NCBI RefSeq assembly: GCF_018977255.1
Contig: NW_024704760.1
Span: 6,758,001-6,822,000 of the forward strand
Direction of reading: 5' to 3'
Length of the DNA: 64,000 bases
From: Callorhinchus milii
Taxonomy: Eukaryota
Of this stretch, positions 51,707 to 61,255 are shown one piece after another (position 1 is the stretch's first letter; each line of letters starts with the position of its first letter). The notes beneath the pieces were generated by a model. The model did not search any database and was not told where the DNA came from. It saw only the letters and a list, made by a program, of their open reading frames with translations. A program made the translations under genes and the position numbers.

Positions 51707-52779
51707 ATATCTAAATCTGGGTTGCTCAAGAAAGTAACTGGAAGTTGCCCTTGACTTTTCTGTTGGACTTGATGATTTGGTGCTGTCTGTGCTGCTATTA
51801 GTAATCTCAGCGGCAGTTTTAGAAGCAGGTGAGTTTTTTTAAATAGTATATGAATATTAATATACTCTTGGCTATTTTCACGAAATAATAGCTGGTCTTT
51901 GGTTAATGCTTCCTATCCCCCCCAACCTAATATTATCTGCTCGAGAAGAGGAACACCCAGTTTGCAACATGGACCTTTAATGATCTCATACATTGTTTGA
52001 AGGAACAGCATTTGGTTATTCATCTCATTGTTGGCGCAGATTGCTGGTCATGTTTATCGACGTAAGACTTGCTACACTCAAAGTAACTCATTGTGTTTGT
52101 GATGCTTCAGTGTGATAAGCTGTCATATCAGAATTCACGTTTTACTTCTTTAACTCAAGGGAAGATTTGCACCAAACACTAATAAAGCGTAATATAAATG
52201 CATTATATTTTACACCTGCACAGTATCTTTTCCTTGAATCTTATTTCCTACAGATAAGGCAAAATGAGTAGAATAAGTATCATTTATAATATTATTAAAA
52301 TGCTTTACAATAAAGATTATATGCCGTGGTCAAGTATTTGATGCAATAAATATCTGTAAGCAGGGACAATTTTATGGGCCTAAATACTAAATTTGACATA
52401 CATATCTCACCATGATGTATTTATAAATTCACTTTACAGTATATTCTGTGAAGCGCTTTGAGACGTCGAGAAGACGTGAAAAGTGCTTTATCAAATGCAA
52501 GGATAATTATTATTATTATACTGTGTTTTCAACTAAGATGTATGCTAATATGGTTTTCTGCAGTTCACCAATATCAGCTGAAATTGTATTTTGATATCAC
52601 ATTTATATGATTTATGCAATAAATCTCAAGAAATTTAAATCTCACAAATTATTGGAAATCTAAACGTATGCGCCTGTTGTTTTCCAACGGCACAACAATC
52701 AACTGTTGCAAACTATTGTACGCACCAATTTGCTCCCTGATAAAAAAAGTCCCCAAGGTGTGCAAGAGATCTGAGAAAT

Positions 52780-53027
52780 GAATAATAAATAATAATAATC
52801 CTTGCATTTGATATAGTGCTTTTCACATCTTCTTGACGCGGCAGCCAATTGCGCACAGCAGTGTCCCACAAACAGTCGTGGATTGAAGTGACCAATTTAT
52901 TATTTTTTTCTTCTTGAGGGTTTATTATCAGGCGTGTGGAGTAAGGAAACTTGCCCAACATTTCGCCCTGCCGGGAATCGAACCCAGGTCTCTCACATTC
53001 GAGGCGAGTGCTCTAACCACTGAGCTT
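52780..53027 (-). mobile_element. tRNA-derived SINE with internal deletions
   Basis: A/B-box head at 52960-53027, tail at 52780-52835. Confidence 0.85.
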
Positions 53028-54017
53028 CATATTACCTTACAATTTCCTCTATCCGTATGCCTCTGCTTGGCATATCCTTGAGATCATTGAGTTCAGATAG
53101 GGAACTCGCCCGTTATATAAACGTAGCTGTATATTGCCCCACACAGGGACTCTGTGTCTAGGCTGACACTCCAGACAGCAATATCTATATCAATATTGTT
53201 GGGAGGTGCCGTCCTTTGGATGAGATGTTAAACCAAGGTCCCGTCCGCCTGTTCAAGTGGATGCTAAAGATCTCATGGCACCATTTCAAAAGTTTCTCCT
53301 CTTTTCTTGCCCAACAATCTCCCCCACCACCAACCCCACCCCGTAAGATCGGTCATTTACTTCATGGCTGTTTGTGTGACATTGATGTGTGTAGAATTAA
53401 CTAACGCATCGCGCCAAGAAGATATACTTACTGCACTTTACGGGAAATCTTGTGAAGCACTTTGAAATGTATGCATGTATTGTTATTATTGTTATAAATC
53501 CAAATTCTCCCCACTCTGTGGTGCGCTGCATCTGCTCAGACCCACCAGCAGCACCGAGGGCGAACACAACAACAACAACTTACATTCATACATTGGCCTC
53601 ACTCCACCGCAGGCTGGGGCGAGGTGACCGTGGGCACCCTCGAAGAGGAAGGTCTTTGGGCGCGATCTGAAGACGGGCAAGGTGGTGGTAAGGCAGAGGG
53701 ATTGAACCAAAGATCTCTTTATTACCAGAGTGTACGTTTCCAATATAGCCCGTTGTACGTCTTCGCCCGAGCCCTTGATGTTTAACGAATAAAGCCCCCG
53801 CCCAGCTGAGTTTGGTGCGATATTTGAGCGTGGGGGGGGGGGGGGGGGGAGGGGATGTTGAGTTGTCTCCGATGTATCATTTACGTAGCGCCCTTCACGT
53901 AGGACAGGGCAGCGCCTCAGAGCGTTTTCCGTTCAGAATCTAAGCTTATGATCCCCTCTTCCCCCCCCCCACCCACCCCCCCACCCCGTCTTGTTCCCTT
54001 TCATTTTGGGGCGTCAG

Positions 54018-54219
54018 TAATCATTTGGTCGCTTCAATCGCACGACTGTCGGTGGGCGGGACGCGCTGCTGCGCGCGCAATCGGCTGCCGCGCTTCGCCC
54101 ACAACATACGCCGTTGATTCACTTTGCGGTGTATTCCGTGAAGCGCTTTGAGACGTCGCGAAGACGTGACGAGGCGCTGCATCAAGTACAAGGATTATTA
54201 TTACTATTACTATTATTAT
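54018..54219 (+). mobile_element. SINE 3' half, GC-shifted
   Basis: Same body/tail with elevated CpG and GC. Confidence 0.8.
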
Positions 54220-54639
54220 CCTCAACCGGGTGGCAATGACACTCCATGGAAAAGCCTCTGGTGCTGACTCACCTCCTCATGCTCCCCCCCCCCCCAACCC
54301 CCACCCCCCACACACACACACACACACTCTCACTCACTCTCCCCCTCTCCTCTCTCCCCCCATCCCAAACCCTCTCTCCCCTTCCCCTCCCCCCCCCTCT
54401 ACTCTCCCCCTCACCCCCCCCCACACACACACACACCCTCCCCCCTTCCCCTCTCCCCCCCCCATCTCCCACCCTCTCTCCCCTTCCTCTCTACTCTTCC
54501 CCTCCCCCTCTCCCTCTCCCCCTCTCCCACACCCCCTCTCCCCCTCTCTCCCCCACCCCCTCTCCCCCTCTCTCCCCCACCCCCTCCCCCCTCTCCTCCC
54601 CACACCCCCTCCCCTCTCCCCCCCTCCCCCTCTCTCGGG

Positions 54640-54656
54640 CCGGAATCTCGCGAGAT
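54640..54656 (+). promoter_or_regulatory. UBE2T promoter: ETS core (CCGGAA) abutting TCTCGCGAGA (CGCG/BANP) element
   Basis: CCGGAATCTCGCGAGAT at 54640-54656; TCTCGCGAGA at 54646-54655; GTGAGT donor 50 nt downstream. Confidence 0.7.
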
Positions 54657-54705
54657 CAGGAGCCGCGACCGCGAGAGCGCGGGAAAGAGAGACACCGCAG
54701 AGAGA
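54657..54705 (+). other. UBE2T: Putative non-coding exon 1 of UBE2T (start uncertain)
   Basis: CpG-rich segment ending at GAGA|GTGAGT donor (54706); first coding exon has an acceptor 15 nt before ATG, requiring an upstream exon. Confidence 0.55.
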
Positions 54706-54720
54706 GTGAGTAACCGCGAG

Positions 54721-55160
54721 AGGACAGAGAGACCCCGGGGGGGGGGGGGGGGGACAGAGAGACCCCCGGGGGGGGACAGAGAGACCCCCGGGGGGGGGGG
54801 GGACAGAGAGACCCCCGGGGGGGGGACAGAGAGACCCCCGGGGGGGGGACAGAGAGACCCCCGGGGGGGGACTAGCTGGGGGGAGTGACGGGGGGGGGGG
54901 AGAGAGTGACTGGGGGGGGTAGTGACTGGCTGGGGGGGGGGGGGAGTGACTGGCTGGGGGGGGGGGGAGTGACTGGCTGCGGGGGGGGAGAGTGACTGCT
55001 GCGGGGGGGAGTGACGGGGGGGGGGAGAGAGTGACTGGGGGAGAGTGACTGGCTGGGGGGGGGGAGAGTGACTGGCTGCGGGGGGGAGTGACGGGGGGGG
55101 GGAGAGAGTGACTGGGGGGGGGAGTGACTGGCTGGGGGGGGGGGGGCAGTGAGAGAGTGA
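54721..55160 (+). repeat. G-rich VNTRs (GGACAGAGAGACCCCC(G)n then GAGTGACTGGCT(G)n)
   Basis: About six units of the first type then about a dozen degenerate units of the second; long G runs. Confidence 0.85.
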
Positions 55161-55260
55161 CGGATTGGGGGATGGTGAGTGTTTGGTGTAACCTGGAGAG
55201 TGTGAATCACTCCTGATCTTTCAGCCCCAGGATGGCGGTTGCTGCGTGAACCTTCTTGTT

Positions 55261-55800
55261 GGTCTCGCTCTCAGTTGGCCTGGCTCAGTAGGTCTCGCTC
55301 TCAGTTGGCCTGGCTCAGTAGGTCTCGCTCTCAGTTGGCCTGGCTCAGTAGGTCTCGCTCTCAGTTGGCCTGGCTCAGTACGTCTCGCTCTCAGTTGGCC
55401 TGGCTCAGTTGGTCTCGCTCTCAGTTGGCCTGGCTCAGTACGTCTCGCTCTCAGTTGGCCTGGCTCAGTACGTCTCGCTCTCAGTTGGCCTGGCTCAGTA
55501 GGTCTCGCTCTCAGTTGGCCTGGCTCAGTTGGTCTCGCTCTCAGTTGGCCTGGCTCAGTAGGTCTCGCTCTCAGTTGGCCTGGCTCAGTTGGTCTCGCTC
55601 TCAGTTGGCCTGGCTCAGTACGTCTCGCTCTCAGTTGGCCTGGCTCAGTTGGTCTCGCTCTCAGTTGGCCTGGCTCAGTACGTCTCGCTCTCAGTTGGCC
55701 TGGCTCAGTTGGTCTCGCTCTCAGTTGGCCTGGCTCAGTTGGTCTCGCTCTCAGTTGGCCTGGCTCAGTTGGTCTCGCTCTCAGTTGGCCTGGCTCAGTT
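55261..55800 (+). repeat. 30-bp minisatellite, 18 units, derived from a SINE 5' head
   Basis: Unit [G/C]GTCTCGCTCTCAGTTGGCCTGGCTCAGT[A/T]; last unit runs into GGTCGCACTCTCGCCTCTGAGGCAGAAGGTTGTGGGTTCA SINE body (to ~56055). Confidence 0.95.
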
Positions 55801-56211
55801 GGTCGCACTCTCGCCTCTGAGGCAGAAGGTTGTGGGTTCAGGCTTCACATCGAAGCTTTGTACCCATTCATAGTCTAGGCCGATTCTCCCAATTCAGTGC
55901 TTCTCACCCGGTGTCTTGGCCAACAATCCCCCCAAATAAAAGTGGGCCTTTACTTCAATGGCTGTTTGTGGGGCCGTCACAACACTTTACCTGGTGTCCT
56001 GTGAAGTGCTCCGAGACGTCCTCCTGACGTGAAAGGCGCTGCACGAAATGCAAGAGTTCTGATAAAGTCCCGCAGACGTCATCAGTTCGAGCAAATTTGA
56101 AGGATGAGTTGCAATCGCGCGTGAGAACGTTGGTTGATGTTCACCCCCCACCTTCCCTTAAGCTGCAGCGGCTTGTGTTTTGTGTGTACCTTGCAGAATA
56201 AATCTACAACA

Positions 56212-56317
56212 ATGCAGAGAGCTTCAAGGTTGAAAAAAGAGTTGCAGCTTTTGACGAATGAACCCCCGCCTGGAATCTCTTGTTGGCAAGATAACCAGAT
56301 GGATGATTTGCGAGCAC
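56212..56317 (+). CDS. UBE2T: Ubiquitin-conjugating enzyme E2 T, coding exon 1
   Basis: Acceptor TTGCAG at 56196; MQRASRLKKELQLLTNEPPPGISCWQDNQMDDLRA + C|GTACGT. Confidence 0.95.
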
Positions 56318-56978
56318 GTACGTTTGTAATCTTTCGAGCGGACTCGTTATGTTTAGGAGAGCCGCAATCATTTCAAGTTCCAATGTTTATTGCATATTAT
56401 CTTTCGCACAACTAACATTCTGGGACTACTACTGGATCTTTTTTCCAATTCACTGTCTTTGTTTTTTTTTAAGAAATGTTTAGAATACAATCCAAAATTA
56501 CATTTGTATAGCGCCTTTCACGTCAGGAGTATGTCCCAAGGCGCTAGACAGTCAGTGATTTGGACCCGAGAATCGACTAGCGAGTCTGGTGTAATAGCTG
56601 GTTAAACAATCTCTTCTGAAACCTGAGTTTGAATCCTCCTTAGACCAATGAAATCAGCATCTACTCTCAAGCGTTTGAAAGTAGATTAGCTTTGGGCAAC
56701 CCATTTGGTAGGATTTTATCGCCTCATACAGTAAAATTTACTGACCTATGAAGAATAGAATACTCTTGTCTGTCGAGGTCAGGAAATTTACCGTTGTTCA
56801 GAGAACTCTACCATTGATGTAGATGTACGCAGACTTTATTAAACCTGTCTTGTTACAGCTGGGCAAAACTGCAGGGCATGGGGTTATAGTGATTTTGTGG
56901 CATGCTGCAATCTGTCTTTACATTTCTGGCTTTCAAGCCAGAAAGTATATTTTAACAGTTTGCAATCTTTCCCTCTAG

Positions 56979-57048
56979 AGATTTTAGGACTCGTTGACTC
57001 ACCCTATGAAAGTGGGATTTTTAGTCTTGAAATTATTCTTCCTGAAAG
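56979..57048 (+). CDS. UBE2T: UBE2T coding exon 2
   Basis: 70 nt; (Q)ILGLVDSPYESGIFSLEIILPE(R), AG/GT flanks. Confidence 0.93.
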
Positions 57049-57147
57049 GTACTAGTAGAGAATTTTTTTTACTGTTGTCTTCATACTATTTCGTAAGTTC
57101 AATGTTTCCATTGTTTTTGCATAGTGTTAATTCTTCGCGAATCGTAA

Positions 57148-57294
<147 letters not shown>

Positions 57295-57404
57295 TGAATT
57301 GATTTTAAAACAAAGGCACTTAGCGCTAGGCTTCCGATCAATATTTAAACAAATGCACAGAAAGTTAAGAGTACTTCACAAAGTAATCCAGCCTCTTAGC
57401 TGGA

Positions 57405-57685
57405 TCATTTTTTGGGTGGGTCAGCCGGGTGTCTTGACACATGCGGAAACCCATCACCATATCCAAACCAAGCTGAGAATTCCATGCATCCCATGCACAT
57501 GTAGATCCCAGAGGTAGATTGTTGGAATGTGATACGCACTCTCTCCCTGGAGGATCGGATCCTGCTTACCTAATGCCGGGAAGTATTATTCGCAAGTTGT
57601 CAGGAGCCAAGGCTTGGGGACCCCTGAGTGTGAGCTGGGATGACTGCTGGAATCTAACCAACTAAAACAACACAGCTTGCCATTC
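57405..57685 (-). repeat. Unclassified interspersed repeat, copy 3 (UBE2T intron)
   Basis: Reverse complement matches 6128-6336 and 16940-17225. Confidence 0.75.
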
Positions 57686-57990
57686 ATAATAATAATAATA
57701 ATAATGATGCTTGTATTTGATGCAGCGCCTTATCTCGTCTTCGAGACGTCTCAAAGAGCTTCACAGAATATACTGTAAAGTGAATTGAATAGATTTTGTG
57801 AGCGATAGCACTGTTTGGCATGCTTTCTCATTCCTTGTCCAGCTGAATTTACAATAATAAAAATAATAATAATAATCCTTGCATTTGATATAGCGCTTTT
57901 CATGTTTTCTATATATCTCAAAGCGCTTCACAGAATATACTGTAAGGTGAATTGACTGTATATTTGTGGGCAAAACGCGGCAGCCAATTA
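57686..57990 (-). mobile_element. Two tandem SINE 3' fragments
   Basis: Tails at 57686-57790 and 57855-57990. Confidence 0.8.
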
Positions 57991-58270
57991 GAATACAATA
58001 CAAGCAGAATTAGAAGTGAGTGAAATCTTTTTGAAATTACCAAACTATTATACTTGCAATTATTTGGATATTGAGGAGATTCCCGTCTTAAAATGAAGGA
58101 CAACTGAGATTATTATGCCCGGAAAAAAATTTAGTTTCTTAAAACACTTAAGTGTTAGGCGATTAGTGTACTTAATACTTGGAAAAAATGTTTTATTGTA
58201 AAGTTGGTCTTGGAAGTGCTAAATGCTCGAATTAGTTATGCATTAAAATGCTAATTTTATTCTTCTACAG

Positions 58271-58369
58271 GGAGCCTGGAAGCCATCTCTCAGTATCTCT
58301 ACTGTGTTAACCTCCATTCAATTGTTGATGTCGGAACCCAATCCAGATGATCCCCTCATGGCTGACATA
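58271..58369 (+). CDS. UBE2T: UBE2T coding exon 4
   Basis: 99 nt; [45 protein letters not shown] flanks. Confidence 0.96.
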
Positions 58370-59870
58370 GTGAGTTGATATTTTAAAAGCTGGAATTGTT
58401 TAGAGAAACCAAAAAAAACCGGGCACTTTACCGTGAATCCTGTGAAGCGCTTTAAAATGCTCTGCCACGCAAACAGCACTGTATCAAATGCAAGGTTTAT
58501 TATTCTTTGTTAAACCAGGAATATGGGCAACGAGACTTATGGCTGGCTCTGAGGTACATTCCAGATATTTCATGTTAGAATTTGTACCAAGAAGATAAAT
58601 CATTGCCGGTCGCTGAGAGAAGTAGGATATCTTGCCACCAGGAAGGATATAGCTGTACTTAACTTACGGCATGAAATTAGCCATTGACGGTTTCAAAATA
58701 AACATAGCATTTTATTCAGCAAATAAATCTTAACCTTGGGTGGGCAAGGTCCAGGACAATGCAATTTCATTTTACAGGATCATTGGTCCAAAAATATTGC
58801 GTGCCTTTTGAGTGGTACAGTAGCAAAGCAAGGTTCCTACCACTGGAGGGTGCTTCAGCTTTATATCTCAGAGGGCCTTTAATGTCTAAAACTCCACTGC
58901 AATCGTGAACAGACCTGTTCGTGAAAGATTCTTGTTGGCACAAATATTAGTGTTGATTAGTATACCCACTATATAATGTTGTAAATCAATGTGCTCTTGA
59001 TAAAATGTTAATCAGATCTAAATTCTGTTAATTCTTCAATTTGACCGCTTATCGGATTTTTTTTAAAATGGTTGCGTTTTGAGTCTCCCTAAATCAGCAA
59101 AAAAAAACTGCATACATGCAGATGAATTTTTTCTGATTTTTTTAAAAAAAAGCTCCACTGTTGGTCAAATATATTAGGAATCCATTTTTGAACTCTTTTC
59201 ATTGGAAGAATTGTACAACGTTCAGCATTATTGCAAATTACAAGCTTTTTCAATGCTCGAGGTTGTATTAGATTCTATTCTGGTCAGCGAAAACATTCCT
59301 CCTTCATTAAACTTGGATTTTAATTTGAATATATGAGAAATCATTTATATTGTGGAAGCAAGTGTAGTTGAATGTGTACTTGTTTAATGTGAGGTGTGAA
59401 GAGTTATTTTACTGATTCTAGTTGAATAAGATCAACCACCACCTAGGCTAGAGATATTCTGAAAAATCAGACTAATGTAAATCACTAGAATAGTTGATTG
59501 TTTTCCCCTGTCCCTCATCCGTAATACAGAGTAAATCAAAACTCCTTACTCATAGGTCTATCTGAGATGTTCAAACTACATGTCATTTACACATATCAAC
59601 TCGGTAACAAACGTTCACAAACTTGATGAAAGACATCTCCTGTAAGAGTTGCACAATCTCTTAACAATGTTGTCTTAAAAAACATAATTAACGACTAAAA
59701 ACTATGATTCACCCTATATTCGTATAGCACAGAAGGAAAAGGTCAAGATTATGTTTATCCAATTACATAGTTCAAAGAGTTTGAAATGTTTGAAATGTCC
59801 TGGTGTACAGCATATTTGCTGTACTCTGTCAGCTAACTACCAACTCTATAATCTTTTCTATATTTTTCAG

Positions 59871-59960
59871 TCAGCAGAATTCAAATACAATAAGCAGTCT
59901 TTCATTGAAAATGCAAAACAATGGACATTAAAGCATGCAACGCAAACTAAAAAGGATGAG
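59871..59960 (+). CDS. UBE2T: UBE2T coding exon 5
   Basis: 90 nt; SAEFKYNKQSFIENAKQWTLKHATQTKKDE, TTTCAG/GTATGT flanks. Confidence 0.92.
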
Positions 59961-60093
59961 GTATGTTTGGGCCTTGGGAAGAATTTGGGATTTTGCTTTC
60001 CTACACCTGCTCTTAACAACATGGCGAATGCTCATTAGCTCTTCATTAGATTTATTTTCTCCCTCTCTTCTCCTCTGCCTGCCCCATTTCTAG

Positions 60094-60150
60094 CCATTAA
60101 GTCCCCTCAAAGAGAATCGCAGTCAATTGGATTCTGCGACTGAATTTTAA
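60094..60150 (+). CDS. UBE2T: UBE2T last coding exon (as written: PLSPLKENRSQLDSATEF*, 175-aa protein; 195 aa ending at 60229 if the 19-nt insertion is removed)
   Basis: Polypyrimidine tract + TAG acceptor at 60093; TAA at 60148-60150; AATAAA at 60308. Confidence 0.7.
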   Translation, partial: PLSPLKENRSQLDSATEF

Positions 60151-60307
60151 TTTGAATATATGAGCTTCTCTGGTTTCAAGGAAGAGATCTGCCAGCGATA
60201 CTGAAGATGCCAAAAAGCCTTGTTTGTAGATTGTATGTAATATTTCTTGTATTTAATACCTTTTCTTCTTAATGCACTTTCAGAAGCTTTGTAAAATTGA
60301 ATTGCTC

Positions 60308-60313
60308 AATAAA
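60308..60313 (+). terminator. UBE2T polyadenylation signal
   Basis: AATAAA downstream of last exon, second AATAAA ~60334, T-rich tract follows. Confidence 0.65.
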
Positions 60314-60452
60314 ATATTTTTTTAAAACGGTGAAATAAATCACCTTCCTGAGTTTTTTTTTAACATCATGATGACATTCAAAAACAATTTTGTCAACCAA
60401 GTTGTTTTTTGCTAAATGATGCACAAAAAGAATTTTCTCCCAATGATGAGAT

Positions 60453-60690
60453 TCAACAATAACACATTACACGTGTATTATGCCTTTCACGTCGGGAGGA
60501 TGCCCAAAGGCTCTGGACAGTCAGCGGTTTGGACCTGAGCTGGGGGTTGGGATCAGGAAGGGTGGAGGGCAGGTAGGGATAGGAGAGTGACCGAAGGTGC
60601 AATTGAGGAAGAGGGTCTTGAAGGAAGCAAGGGAAGGAGCTAGGCAAAGGATCTGTGGGGTGGGGTTTCAAAGGGTGGGGGCAGAGAGGC
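60453..60690 (-). mobile_element. L2 LINE 3' end
   Basis: Similar to 7111-7370. Confidence 0.8.
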
Positions 60691-61034
60691 TGTGGATTAT
60701 TCAGTTATTTTTCAAATGTAGCTTTGGTGATATTGACACTTCAAGTGCTGATCAAAAAGAAACGACCAGCCAAGTGCATGGAAACTCAAACGTGACTGCC
60801 TATCTAAATCATGAAAAAGACCCTGGGATTTGTACTGCGCTCTTACAATGCATTGTGTTTTTAGTCATTATTAAAAGTCTGTACTTTGCAATTGAGATTC
60901 AACTGATCTCAAACTCCTCAAATAACTAGACCAGATCAACTTGGTCAAGTAATGATGAACTGACCCGATACTGGATGGGTGGATCTGTGCTAATCTTGCA
61001 TCATATTCAATAAAAAAATGTCAAACTGAGGTCC

Positions 61035-61255
61035 AGAAACGAAAACAACAGTCGCTAGGAACACTCGGCAGGTCAGGCAGCATCTATGGAGAAAGGAAAG
61101 TGAGTCACCGTTTCGGGTCCACGACCCTTCGTCAGAACTGGGGCACGTTGGGAGGGAGAGGCTTTTAAGGGCTAACAGTAAGTGGGGAGGCAGGGCAAGG
61201 AAAACAGGAGAAAATGGGGCAGAGGACGGGATGATAGGTTATTAAAGGTGTAAAA
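61035..61255 (-). mobile_element. Penelope-like pseudo-LTR fragment with hammerhead-like motif (61103-61139)
   Basis: Near-identical to left arm at 46719-46819; minus strand AGTT-CTGACGA-A-GGGTC-GTG-GACCC-GAAAC-GG-T-GACT. Confidence 0.65.

Noticed and set aside
54230-55210. Proline-rich/glycine-rich ORFs
   Set aside because: Artefacts of C-rich and G-rich low-complexity DNA
55221-55878. 30-bp array as CRISPR, or its 193-210 aa repeat ORFs as proteins
   Set aside because: No unique spacers, eukaryotic intron context; ORFs are open only because the 30-nt unit lacks stops
60165-60181. Alternative acceptors (AG at 60163-60164 or 60179-60180) rescuing the UBE2T tail
   Set aside because: With the phase-0 upstream exon neither puts RKRSASD..KKPCL in frame
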